Positions 40,531-51,684 of a DNA stretch of 64,000 bases are shown here, piece after piece. Origin of the DNA: Mobula hypostoma (Eukaryota); contig NC_086097.1 of assembly GCF_963921235.1 (NCBI RefSeq), positions 62,870,001 through 62,934,000 of the forward strand, written 5' to 3'. Made by a program: the position numbers and the translations under genes. The stretch's first letter is position 1; each line of letters starts with the position of its first letter. The notes under the pieces were generated by a model. It was not told the DNA's origin. It made no database searches and was given only the letters and a program-made list of their open reading frames with translations.

Positions 40531-41739
40531 TTCACATTCCTAAAAGTCAAAATCAACCTCAATCAGTCAACAGGGATCGATTTTTCCCTCTTAACTCTCA
40601 CTGATATTCTGAATTTTCTGGACTTTCAAACTATCTTTGTGTGCTGAAAGTGTTCAATAATATGATGGTTAAGGTACTAGATGTGCAGCCAGTATGCACA
40701 GATATGATTTCAAACGGAGCTTCAGAATTTAAATTCAGGTAAATGAATTAACCTGGAAGTTGAAAATAAAGATTTAGTAACAGCAAGCATGAAACAACCT
40801 GGATGATGCAAAACCCAGCTCTTTCATTTTTAGAATTCAGAGAAGGAAAGGAACAATTGTTAATCAGTCTGACATAAAAATGAGGTACTACTTATCAATG
40901 TGGTTAACTGTGATCTGCTTCCTTTGGCATTTATTGATACATTGCTGGTGATGTCCGCATCAAATTAGTGTTCACCAAGAAAGGCCCAGGTAGCAATTAA
41001 ATTGAAATCAAAGGGAATTAATGTTGAGAGGCTCTCACGACTCTCAGACTATAATGAGATTTTAATCATAATCCTCTGAAAAATGTACAGTATCATTATG
41101 CATCACATATTAAGAATTATGGCCTGAAAATATGTCAGGCCAAGGAATGAAACAGCAAAGATCTGTAGAGATCCCCTATGTGGATTAGGTGCACACACTG
41201 CTTTATTTGGCATCCCACATGCTGAGAGAGCTACCTATGCGTTTCACGGGTATATGCCATTTTAGGATGGGACGAAACGGACTTAACTGATGTTATTTGA
41301 AGACAGCCAGCTTTCTGTATTTAAAATGGATAACAAAATCTATTAAATTTTGAAGGCAACAGAAACCTAATCTGAACAATAAAAGAAGCTCTGCTCTTAA
41401 AAAAAGGATAGAAATTAAGAATCACCTTAAAATGTCAAATGAGCAAATAATGTGCACAAAGATAGTGACGTTTTTAAATAATAGCAATGCAAAATCCCTC
41501 TCTTCCATATGTTAACTTTTGATTTGTCAAGCAGATGGTGTGGTAGATAAGTGTCATAGTCAGCTTCTATATAAAGCTTAAGACTTTGATATAAATATTG
41601 TAACAAATCTTTAATGCTTCCAGTAAGATTGCTAGAAATCAAATCACAATTTCTACACTTTAGCATGCAGGTAGGTCTTCTGTTTAAAGAAGGATATACT
41701 TTGTCGTAGAGGAGATGAAATGGAGGTTCCCTGATTTGA

Positions 41740-41844
41740 TAAACACAAGAATTCTGCAGATGCTGGAAATCCAGAGGAACACACACTAAATGCTGCAGAG
41801 GAATAAGGAGTCGATGTTTCAGACCAAGACCCTTCTTCAGAACT
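41740..41844 (-). mobile_element. Short solo Penelope-end element beginning with a degenerate hammerhead
   Basis: Minus strand AGTT-CTGAAGA-AGGGTCTTGGTCT-GAAA-C-ATC-GACT...ccagcatctgcagaattcttgtgttt. Confidence 0.75.
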
Positions 41845-41879
41845 ATGTGTGTGTTTTCTGGATTGATTCCTTGGGAAAA

Positions 41880-42285
41880 GGTGTTGTGTTATGAAGAAAG
41901 GCTGAATAGAGTAGGCCTGCACTTTTGAGAGTCAGGAGGAAGAAAAATACAAAAAAGAAATCTGAGGGGAGTTCAGAGTAAAGTTCTGCAAAGATGCTTC
42001 CCTTCATGTGGGAATCTAAGAGTCTCAGCAGATTGTTATCTCCACTAAGAATGAGGTAAGGAAGAATACATTCTTGCAAAGGGATGTGAATGTTTGATAT
42101 TCCTTCCCTCTCGAGAGCTGGGCATGTTAAGTCATTTACAGTCTTCAAGGCTGGTATGGATATATTTGACTTTACAGGGCTAAAGGCTTCAGACAGCAAA
42201 ATGGAAGTGAGGCCAAAAGTGAGATCTTGCCAAACAACAGAGCAGGATCAAGCATGGTGTGGTCTCAAGTGCCTGCTCTTTCACG
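41880..42285 (+). mobile_element. Old CR1 3' fragment
   Basis: tatgaagaaaggctgaatagagtaggcctg (YEERLNRVGL) and a CR1-like 3' UTR. Confidence 0.6.
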
Positions 42286-43264
42286 TCACTCAATGTTCTG
42301 GCATGGTGGGAACACAAAGATTGTATGAACCATTTTAACCAAGTGGCTATTCTTACCTTGTGAAATGTTCACAGGGAATTCCTAATCCATTAAATTTCAA
42401 CAGATGTACTCAGTTTGTGGATATGCAGACATTATGAGGAAAGGTTCTGCTTAGGAATCTAGAAAATGTTGACCTAATTGGTGCTTAAATGCTAAACTAT
42501 AATGTCCCTAATGTTGAGGTCAGTAATAATCTACATATGTTCGCTATTGACTTCCAATTCAAGTTACATTTAAATCACTTGCATTTCAAAGCTTGCTTGA
42601 TGAATTTGGCTTGAGTCCTGAGGTGTTACACACTGACAAGCCACTTTACATGTAAATTCCATCAGATGGCTGGAGGTTAAATAATACTTCCACCACAAAA
42701 TTGCTGAGCCGTATTCCTTGTCTTTACTTAAATGATAATAAATAAGAAGATTTCAGAGTATTTCTGGCATTAAGAAGCTATTGAACCATTCTGATACTAT
42801 TAATATTGACAAAGGTTTCGAAGAATTTTGAACATGAATACAAAATCATCAAGAATTCTTACCATACCATCCCTGTCCGAGTTCATCAAGAACACTTTCT
42901 ATGCCATACCAGTCATGCACTTGACAAGTCCAATCACCCGACAGCACTAGTCCTGCTATACAGGTAGAGACTGAGGACTATAGCACAATGGTGATGACCA
43001 TAACAATATGGTCAAGGCAGTTAGTGGAGCACTTATAGGCCAGTTATCCTGACCACAGTTGTTAAGAAGATGCTGGAATCCATCGTTAAGGAAGTGGTTT
43101 TGGGGCACTTGGAGGTACATGATAAAATAGACAAAATCAGCATGGTTTAAGAGAAAATCCTGCCTGAAAAACCGGTTGGAATTCTTTGATGAACTAACCA
43201 GAATGATAGACAAAGGAGAATTGGTTGATGTTATGTACTTGGATTTTCAGAAGGCCTTTGACAA

Positions 43265-44262
43265 ACATAGAACATAGAACATAGAATAGTACAGCACAGT
43301 ACAGGCCCTTTGGCCCACAATGTTATGCCGACCCTTAAACCCTGCCTCCCATATAACCCCCCACCTTAAATTCCTCCATATACCTGTCTAGTAGTCTCTT
43401 AAATTTCACTAGTGTATCTGCCTCCACCACTGACTCAGGCAGTGCATTCCACGCACCAACCACTCTCTGAGTAAAAAACCTTCCTCTAATATCCCCCTTG
43501 AACTTCCCACCCCTTACCTTAAAGCCATGTCCTCTTGTATTGAGCAGTGGTGCCCTGGGAAGAGGTGCTGACTGTCCACTCTATCTATTCTTCTTATTAT
43601 CTTGTACACCTCTATCATGTCTCCTCACATCCTCCTTCTCTCCAGAGAGTAAAGCCCTAGCTCCCTTAATCTCTGATCATAATGCATACTCTCTAAACCA
43701 AGCAGCATCTTGGTAAATCTCCTCTGTACCCTTTCCAATGCTTCCACATCCTTCCTATAGTGAGGCCCAGAACTGGACACAGTACTCCAAGTATGGCCTA
43801 ACCAGAGTTTTATAGAGCTGCATCATTACCCCATGACTCTTAAACTCTATCCCTCGACTTATGAATGCTAACACCACATAAGCTTTCTTAACTGCCCTAT
43901 CTACCTGTGAGGCAATTTTCAGGGATCTGTGGACATGGACCCCCAGATCCCTCTGCTCCTCCACACTACCAAGTATCCTGCCATTTACTTTGTACTCTGC
44001 CTTGGAGTTTGTCCTTCCAAAGTGTACTACCTCACACTTCTCCGGGTTGAACTCCATCTGCCACTTCTCAGCCCACTTCTGCATCCTATCAATGTCTCTC
44101 TGCAATCGTCAACAATCTTCTACACTATCTACAACACCACCAACATTTGTGTCGTCTGCAAATTTGCCAATCCACCCTTCTACCCCCACATCCAGGTCGT
44201 TAATAAAAATCACGAAGAGTAGAGGTCCCAGAACCGATCCTTGTGGGACACCACTAGTCAGC
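43265..44262 (-). mobile_element. CR1 3' fragment (second subfamily) with 4-bp TSD
   Basis: ORF 43755-44105 QRDIDRMQKWAEKWQMEFNPEKC. (TTCTATG)n tail. ACAA at 43261-64 and 44263-66. Confidence 0.9.
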
Positions 44263-44570
44263 ACAAGGTGGCACACATGAGACTACTTAACAGGTTAAGA
44301 GCTCATGGTATTACAGAATAGATATGGATAGAGCATTAGCTGATTGATAGGAGGCAAAGACTGGGAATAAAGGAAGCATTTTCTGGTTGGCTGCCAGTAA
44401 CTAATGGTGTTGAGACCACTTCTTATAACATTATACATCAATAATTTGGATGATGGAATTGATGGCCTTGTTGCCTAGTTTGTGGTTGATATAAAGAGAG
44501 GGGGAGAAGCAGGCAGTGTTGAGGAAACAGGCAGTGTTGCGGTTGCAGAAGGATGCAGGCAGATTAGGAG

Positions 44571-44965
44571 TGTTAGAGTGATTTTTGTGTTTAGGTCATT
44601 TACATTTAGCAAATGGCTTTGGTTAACAGTTTTCTGTTCCTTGAAAATGTATTGTGGACTTAACTTGGAACAATGCATTCCTAGAAGCTGTGAATCCCAG
44701 TCCACAGACCTGCTGGCGTCTGTGGGATGGATGCGAATCAGAAGGTGTGAAGTTTGTATGTAGCTTCAAAAGAAAACATCGTCTGTACGTTGTAAATATG
44801 ACTGTCCTTTGTGTTTAGCAAATAAATATCCAGCCCCATGTTGGGCCAGCAGACCTTTCCTCCGAAAGCGTCTGGTATGATGCCTGCTGTATCCTTTTGT
44901 CGAATAAAGAAGCTGCTTTGCATCTACCAGTAACTCCCTCCGGTGATTTCATTCACACAATAACA
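44571..44965 (+). mobile_element. Solo LTR (395 bp) with 5-bp TSD
   Basis: TGTTA...TAACA termini. AGGAG at 44566-70 and 44966-70. AATAAA ~60 bp before the 3' end. Confidence 0.85.
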
Positions 44966-45274
44966 AGGAGAGTGGGCAAATCAGTGGCAGAACTTCCAGA
45001 AGTTGGGAAGTGTATGGTCATGCAATTTTGTAGAAGAAATAAAAATGTAAACTATATTCCAAAATGGAGAGAAAATTCAAATATCCAAGGTGCAATGGAA
45101 CAGGAAACTGGGAGTCCTCTTGCAGGATTCCCTAAAGTTTGGTTGCTCTTTGAGTTGGTGTTGAGGTAGGCAAGTGTAATGTTGGCATTTATTTTGAGAG
45201 GACTAGAATATAAAAGCAATGATGTAATGTTGAGGCTTTATAAGACACTGGTAAGGCTTCACGGAGTATTGTGA

Positions 45275-45850
45275 GCCCAACATATTGATGCAATTACAAA
45301 GAAGGTACATCAGTGGCTATATTTCATCGGGAACTTGAGGAGATTTGGTATGGCACCAAAAGTTCCAGCAAATTCTACAGATGTATTCTGAACAGCATTC
45401 TAACTAGTTGCATTACTATGTGGTATGGAGGGGCCACTGCCCAAGATTGGAAAAAGCTGCAGAGGGCTGCAGACACAGCCGGCTCCATCATGGGCATCAG
45501 CCTCCCCAGCATTGAGGGCATCTTCAAAAGGCAATGCCTCAGAAAGGCAGCGCCCATCACGAAGGACCCCATCACCCAGGACATGCCCACTTCTCATTGT
45601 TACCATGAAGAAGGAGGTACAGAAGCCTGAAGACACACATTCAGTATTTCAGGAACAGTTTCTTCCCTTCCGCTATCAGATTTCTGAAGTGGACAATGAA
45701 TCTAAGAACACTCCCTCACTATTATTTTTGTCTTTTCTTTTGTTCTCTTTTTGCACTACCTATTTAAAATTTCAATATATATTTTATTGTAATTTATTGT
45801 ATATTTTATGTACTATGTGGTACAGCTGCTACAAAACAAAGTTTCATGAC
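45275..45850 (+). mobile_element. Rex1/Babar-type 3' fragment
   Basis: KFYRCILNSILTSCITMWYG...LPSIEGIFKRQCLRKA. Confidence 0.85.
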
Positions 45851-46029
45851 AGCAGGATCTGTTCTTTCTCCCTCAGAGATGCAGTTAGGATAATATCCAC
45901 GTATTGCAGAATACTGCTACTGGTATCTGCCGTGGAACGCAGCCAATTATTTTTGCCATACATAAATGAAAATTGGCGGAGCTGTTATGGAAAACCTGGG
46001 GCACCTTTGTCCATTAAAGGAGGCCATTA

Positions 46030-46714
46030 AAAGGGGCCATTAAATTAGGAAAAGGTCAGAGGGTGAACATTTTCATAGACCAGAAGGGCATATACCAGAC
46101 AAAGAAATGGTGAAGGAGTTAGTAGAAACTGCTAATATCTCCTGGGAAACAGCAGCCATAAAGATTAAAGTGCACAGAAGGGTAGACACTCCTGAGCAAA
46201 AGGGAAATGCATTTGTTGATCAGGCTTCAAAGGCAATTGTGGAGAAATCTGATCCAATCCCGGTAAAATTAGCAATGGTCAGGAGACAAAAGAGACAGTT
46301 TTAAAGGCCATACAAGGGGAGAGTAGGTGTCATCAGAGGAAAAGTGGTTTTGGGACTGGGAATGAGCAGTGCACAAGGAAGATTGGATGTGGCAGAAAGA
46401 TGAATGTTTAGTAGTTCTAGAGTTCATGAGACGTATGTTATTAAAAACCTATCATGGTGTTAGCCCACATGGGGCAAGGCAAAGTGAGTACCCAGCTAGA
46501 AAGGTGTTGTTGGTGTCTGGGGATGGAGAAAGGTATTGCTAAATTCTGTCAGCAATATATAACATGTGTTCACTGTGACCTCAGTTAAAATCTGATTAGG
46601 GCATCAGCCATGGTCTAAAGGCCCATGGCCGCAAGTTCAGATGGATTTCATAGGACCATTACCCCAGTCTAGGGTAAACGTATTGTTTGGTGATCACTGA
46701 TCGCTTCAGCAGGT
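46030..46714 (+). mobile_element. Endogenous retrovirus-like pol remnant (RNase H C-terminus + integrase N-terminus)
   Basis: AIKLGKGQRVNIFID; AAIKIKVHRRVDTPEQKGNAFVDQASK; LKTYHGVS(H)...IAKFCQQYITCVHC; GPWPQVQMDFIGPLP...YCLVITDRFSR. Confidence 0.7.
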
Positions 46715-46930
46715 AGATTTGATCAATAAGTTTGTGGATGACACAAAATTAGGATGTGTTGTTGATAGTGAAGAAGGTTATCGTAGATTACAGAGGATTC
46801 TTGATTATTTTGAACTGAGTCAAGGAATGACAAACACATTTCAGTAAATGTGAGGTGATACAGCTTCAAAAGTCAAACCAGCATAAGACTTATACTGTGA
46901 ATGGTAGGCACTAAGGACCATAATGGAACA
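46715..46930 (+). mobile_element. Old CR1 RT fragment
   Basis: LINKFVDDTKLGCVVDSEEGYRRLQ. Confidence 0.65.
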
Positions 46931-47086
46931 CTGAATGATTTCTTCAATAAAAGCAGTATAGATAACCAGCTCTAAAATCTGCAAACAAATCATCGCAAAC
47001 TCGAAGTTATCAACACTGTCCGCATCAGAAACCATAAGGGAAATATGATTGTGTACAATCATGAAATACACTTACTTTTATCATTG

Positions 47087-47166
47087 GTACACACAGATCA
47101 ACTATTTTTAAAAAATATCTACTGCATAGCATTAAATAGTATTCTGCAGTGCAATAGAATTTCTAA
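47087..47166. repeat. ~80-bp direct repeat, copy 1
   Basis: Near-identical to 48310-48386. Confidence 0.85.
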
Positions 47167-47326
47167 TAAATATACTTATCTTTATTACTACTAGAAAAAA
47201 AGGATCAGGTCAGGAGCGTTCATATTGTGACCCGGTTAATCTGAAAGGAGACCAATCCTGACTCCACACGCCAGACAAGAATGGCTGAGTGTCTGGTGTA
47301 ACACGCTAAAAAAAAAAATATTATTA

Positions 47327-47646
47327 CTAGAACTAGGGGACATAGACTCAAGATTCAGGGCAGTAGATTTAGGACGGAGATGAGGAGGAACTGCTTTTCC
47401 CAGAGAGTGGTGAATCTGTGGAATTCTCTGCCCCATGAAGCAGTGGAGGCTACCTCAGTAAATATACTTAAGCCGAGGTGGGATAGATTTTTTGTATAGT
47501 AGGGGAATTAAAGGTTATGGGCCAAAGGCAGATAGGTGGAGGTAAGTCCATGGCCAGATCAACCATGATCTTATTGAATGGCGGAGGAGGCTTGACGGGC
47601 CAAATGGCTAATTCCTGCTCCTATTTCTTATGTTCTTATATTCTTA
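47327..47646 (+). mobile_element. CR1 3' fragment
   Basis: RTRGHRLKIQG...SQRVVNLWNSLP, ending with a (TTCTTATG)n tail. Confidence 0.85.
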
Positions 47647-47759
47647 ACATGCTAGTGAAGTAGAGGATGACAACCTTTTGTACGCAGTTTCAATTCCTTT
47701 GTGTCTTGGAAGCAAAAGATGTGTGCGTGCACACACTCACACCTTAGCCAGAGCATTGG

Positions 47760-48160
47760 TTATAAGAAGTTAGCCAGACTAGGGCTTTATTCCTTTGAAC
47801 ATAGGAGAATGGGAGGTGAGTTTATTGAAATGTTACATAGGTAAGGTGAATGGTAACAGTCCTTTCTCCAGGGCAGCAGGGTCCAAAACGAGGGGTATAG
47901 AATTAGGGTGAGAGGGGAAAGATTTAAATAGGTGTTGATGGACAACTTTTTCACACAGAGGGTGAATATATGGGATGAGCTGCCAGAGGAACTCATTAAT
48001 ATTATCACTTAAAAAGAACTTAGATAGGAACATGGCGCAGTATGGTTTAGAGGGTTATAGGTCAAATACAGGAAATTAGGAATAAATGGGTTGGCACTAT
48101 GGTTGTTACTGACTCGTTAGGCCAAGTCTGCATCGGCACTGTATTGCTCTATGGCTCTAT
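47760..48160 (+). mobile_element. Old CR1 3' fragment
   Basis: ttcacacagagggtgaatatatgggatgagctgccagagg, ending ctctatggctctat. Confidence 0.65.
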
Positions 48161-48309
48161 TATGCTGAGACCAGAACCAAGGGAAAACTGAAGCCAGTTA
48201 TATCGGCAAGTGTGTACAATGGCAGTGACTGCCTTTATACAGTCTAATAAACACAGTACAACTATCACAAACATATGCAGCATCCAGAAACAAATTGTCA
48301 TTTTACAGT

Positions 48310-48386
48310 GTACGCACAGATCAACTATTTTTTAAAATCTACTGCATAGCATGAAATAGTATTCTGCAGTGCAATAGAACTTCTAA
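48310..48386. repeat. ~80-bp direct repeat, copy 2
   Basis: Near-identical to 47087-47166. Confidence 0.85.
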
Positions 48387-49419
48387 GCCTCGAGCCTTGC
48401 AACAGTTCACTGCACAGTCTGAGATTTAAGCAAATGATGAGTGGCAATAGGGCTGATAACCGGTGTGCTACCCACGTACTCGTGTATACAATGTATATAG
48501 GAGACCAGACAGCCATACAAAATATGATAGAGCTGACTATTGATGCAGGGAGACAGCATTTCAGCTACCAGGGCCATTTGCAGGTGCCATTTAGCAAGTG
48601 GAAAATCATAGTATCAAGATAAGTACTTGACATGGTGCACAACCTCACCATTAAGTGGGCACAGCTCCTGTCAGCAGGAATATGGTGAAAAGCAGGAGCA
48701 TGTGCAGGTTTAAAGGAAGGTGGGAGGGATGGAGGCAGCAAACTAAACTGGATCAACCGAGCTTCCTGTAATACCAGTGCAATAACTCCAAATATCAGTC
48801 ACCAACAAAGCCACATACCATCTTCCCTTGATCTCTGATTTTATTCTATTAGTCTGCAATTTTGAAGATAAAAGTCACCATAAAATAAACATTCAAAACC
48901 ACATTTTTGAAGAAATCAGGCTGCGTGGAAGTGGCTATGCATGTTTTGGTGCCTGAGTAGCTGTAATTTGGGTGCTGGGAAGCTGTGGGTTTTCAGTAGC
49001 GGAACATGTCACTGCTCCAGAGCCATTGCCTCAGGCAGTTCCAGGCACTTAGGGGGTCACTGTGGACTGCAGAGATGGCTGCCTGGGCAGACCTCCTGAA
49101 GCCCAACGACAGGACATTGATAAATTGACGGATGAAGCAGGATGATAAGAGGCTTGAGAGGGAACGGCGGTTGGGCGTTCCATGGAGCGATATCCACTGC
49201 ATCAATGACAGCCCAGGAGCCTCAATACTTTGTCAGCGGAGGGAATGCTAGGCCATTCCCGTGCCTTTCCTTTTCCTTCACACATGGTGGTCCAGAGCTT
49301 TGCTGCCAGCAGGGTGAGAGTGTGGCATCAGCTTCCAGCAACACTGAAGCAAAAGGTGGCTGCTGCTTTTGCTGCCATGGAACCAACAACACTGGAATCA
49401 GATGCTGCCTTATTTTACT

Positions 49420-49721
49420 GTTTTATTTTTATTTTAGTGGTACAACATGGCGTAGGCCCTTCCGGCCCATTGAGCCACATTGCCCCAGCAATCTCACAAC
49501 CTTGATTAACCTTAACCTAATCATGGGACAATTTACAATGACCACTTAACCTTGTACACCTTCGGACTGTGGGAGGAAACCGGAGTACCCAGGGAAGACC
49601 CACACATTCTCCATGAGGAGGACTACAGAGACTCTTTACAAAATGGTATAGGAATTGAACTCTGAACTCTGGAGCACCCTCAGTTGTAATAACGTCGCGT
49701 TAGCTGATAAACTACCGTGGC
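49420..49721 (-). mobile_element. V-SINE (HE1-like)
   Basis: Minus-strand head gccacggtag...gagttcaattcc, V-like core ggtactccggtttcctcccacagtcc, and CR1-type tail gggccggaagggcct. Confidence 0.75.
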
Positions 49722-51684
49722 AATCATGGTTATGTCCAAAAGTGTATGAACCACACTGGCCATCCTTTCCACACTAGAAAGCCCCGCACAAAGGACAGTG
49801 CCAAGTCAGTAATGAACTCTGGTGTGCATCATGTGTACTAATGCATCAAAAATTGGCCAACCTACAGTTCCCTGGTGTCAAAAACAAGAAAGTCAGAAGA
49901 AGTTGAGGAGGTGGAAGGAAGAGGAGTGTACCTTCATCACTTTCAGCTTGTAAATCAGGATGAGAGGAAGTGGTATGTGACGATGAGAATGCCTTCATCT
50001 TCAATAGTTCCTGCCCTGTTTAATGGGTATCCCAGTGGCAGAAACCTCTCATGATACGGGGCCATTGCTGATGTTTCCACTTACTGAACGATTATAACTT
50101 ACTGCATTCCAGTTTACAGCTGCAGGATATTTGCATATCACTAATTCTACTTCCGACTTGAGGAACTATGAAATTTAGCCCTGTAAAAATGTTGTCAAAG
50201 TGAAGGCTAATTGTACCTCGTGTAGAGAACTATCATATTAACATAAGAAAAGCACGGAAAGAATTTTAGCATATTAGACTTATTTAAAATTGTGCATTCA
50301 ATTAAATATCCCAGAGAGTCAGAAGTGCTTTCAATTATTGCCAAGTGCAGCAATTTTTTATTTTATTCCTCCCTACTGTCTCTACACTCATCACAGAAAA
50401 GATAAACATTAATTACTGTGTGAGTTCCCCACTTCTTGCAGAACAAATTCAAAATGCAAGGAGCACTGAGCATATTGATTTATCTGCAACTTGACAATCA
50501 TTTGCACAGCATTCTGAAAAGAAAACCTCTTTATTCCCCATTTTTAAAACATAACCATCTTGCTTAGATTTACCTCCAGAGCAGGGCATTTTATATAAAG
50601 AGTTTAAATAGATTTTACACTGAATAGAAATCCTGTATCACTTCTTCAAGAATTCAGGTTATACCCCAGATCTAGCCTTTAGTGCAGATCCAAATGTCCA
50701 GATCTTTTCATTTGGCTGAATGTGCTTGACTGCAAAATTACGCCGGATCCCACTCACCTTGGCAGAGAAACAGACCCTTTTGCCCGCACAGCCGGCCACA
50801 GGAAAATATGGAGCATATTGATTCCACATGTCAAATCCTCAGTTTTTCCATTGTATCTGGGTTCTAGTACAAGCACAGAGATCCCTTGGCATTTCATTGG
50901 AATTAATTCAGCAGCATGCAAAAAGCACATGTAAATATTCAGTCATCATGTGATCCTGCACAAAATTCAAAGTATGTCCTTGAATTTCTCTGCAAATATT
51001 TTCCATGTTATGATTTTATCTTCCATTCCTTCTTTAGCAATGTGCTTCACTTTGTGAATCTAAGTATAAAGAATAATTCTGCTTGAAGCTAACATCAATA
51101 CAGTGTTGCAAAATTTCCAATCTTAATAGCAATTTCTACCTTTCATTTTCTGTTCCATGTTGTACTCACAAGATATTAGGTCTAGCATTCAACCATATAC
51201 GTTAAGCTGGGGAAAAATTGATATTGGAACATTCTTCGTCCACCATTACCATTCCTGTAGCAGTATGGATGTGTAGACTGTATATTGAAGAAATATTTTT
51301 CAGTGCTCGCACGACTGATGGATCATTACAAGATGGAATCATAATATTACATTTATTAAATTGGCCACAAGTTGACAGGTTAGAAAACTGAAACTGGAAT
51401 ATGCATTTGCAGTCAATTGATGAGCTTCCTTAATTAAATCCTTGATGAGGATCCAAACTACAATGAGGTCATTAAATCTGCATTTTACACTTCTGATGCT
51501 TGAATACTAACAGCAGCTAAGCCATTTACTAAACAAGTACTTTACTTACTCTTAATTATTGAACTTCAATATTGTAATACTACTAATATAGTACAAAGTT
51601 GGAAACCACAACAAATAATGTGTGGCTAAGCACAGTTCCAATGCCATCTGTCCTGGGCCCAGCACATACTGGAAGTGCAATTGT

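Larger units (their letters stand above)
43025..45275 (+). mobile_element. Old CR1 RT fragment hosting a younger CR1 and a solo LTR
   Basis: YRPVILTTVVKKMLESI and YLDFQKAFDK|VAH, continuing across both insertions to LYKTLVR. Confidence 0.8.

Noticed and set aside
41220..41295. Possible extra hammerhead (ctgagag...gacgaaac)
   Set aside because: The core does not match CUGANGA and no stems I/II are evident.
50751..50900. Minus-strand exon ending at AAG|GTGAGT
   Set aside because: Good donor, but no clear acceptor or recognisable peptide, and such a motif is expected by chance in 64 kb.
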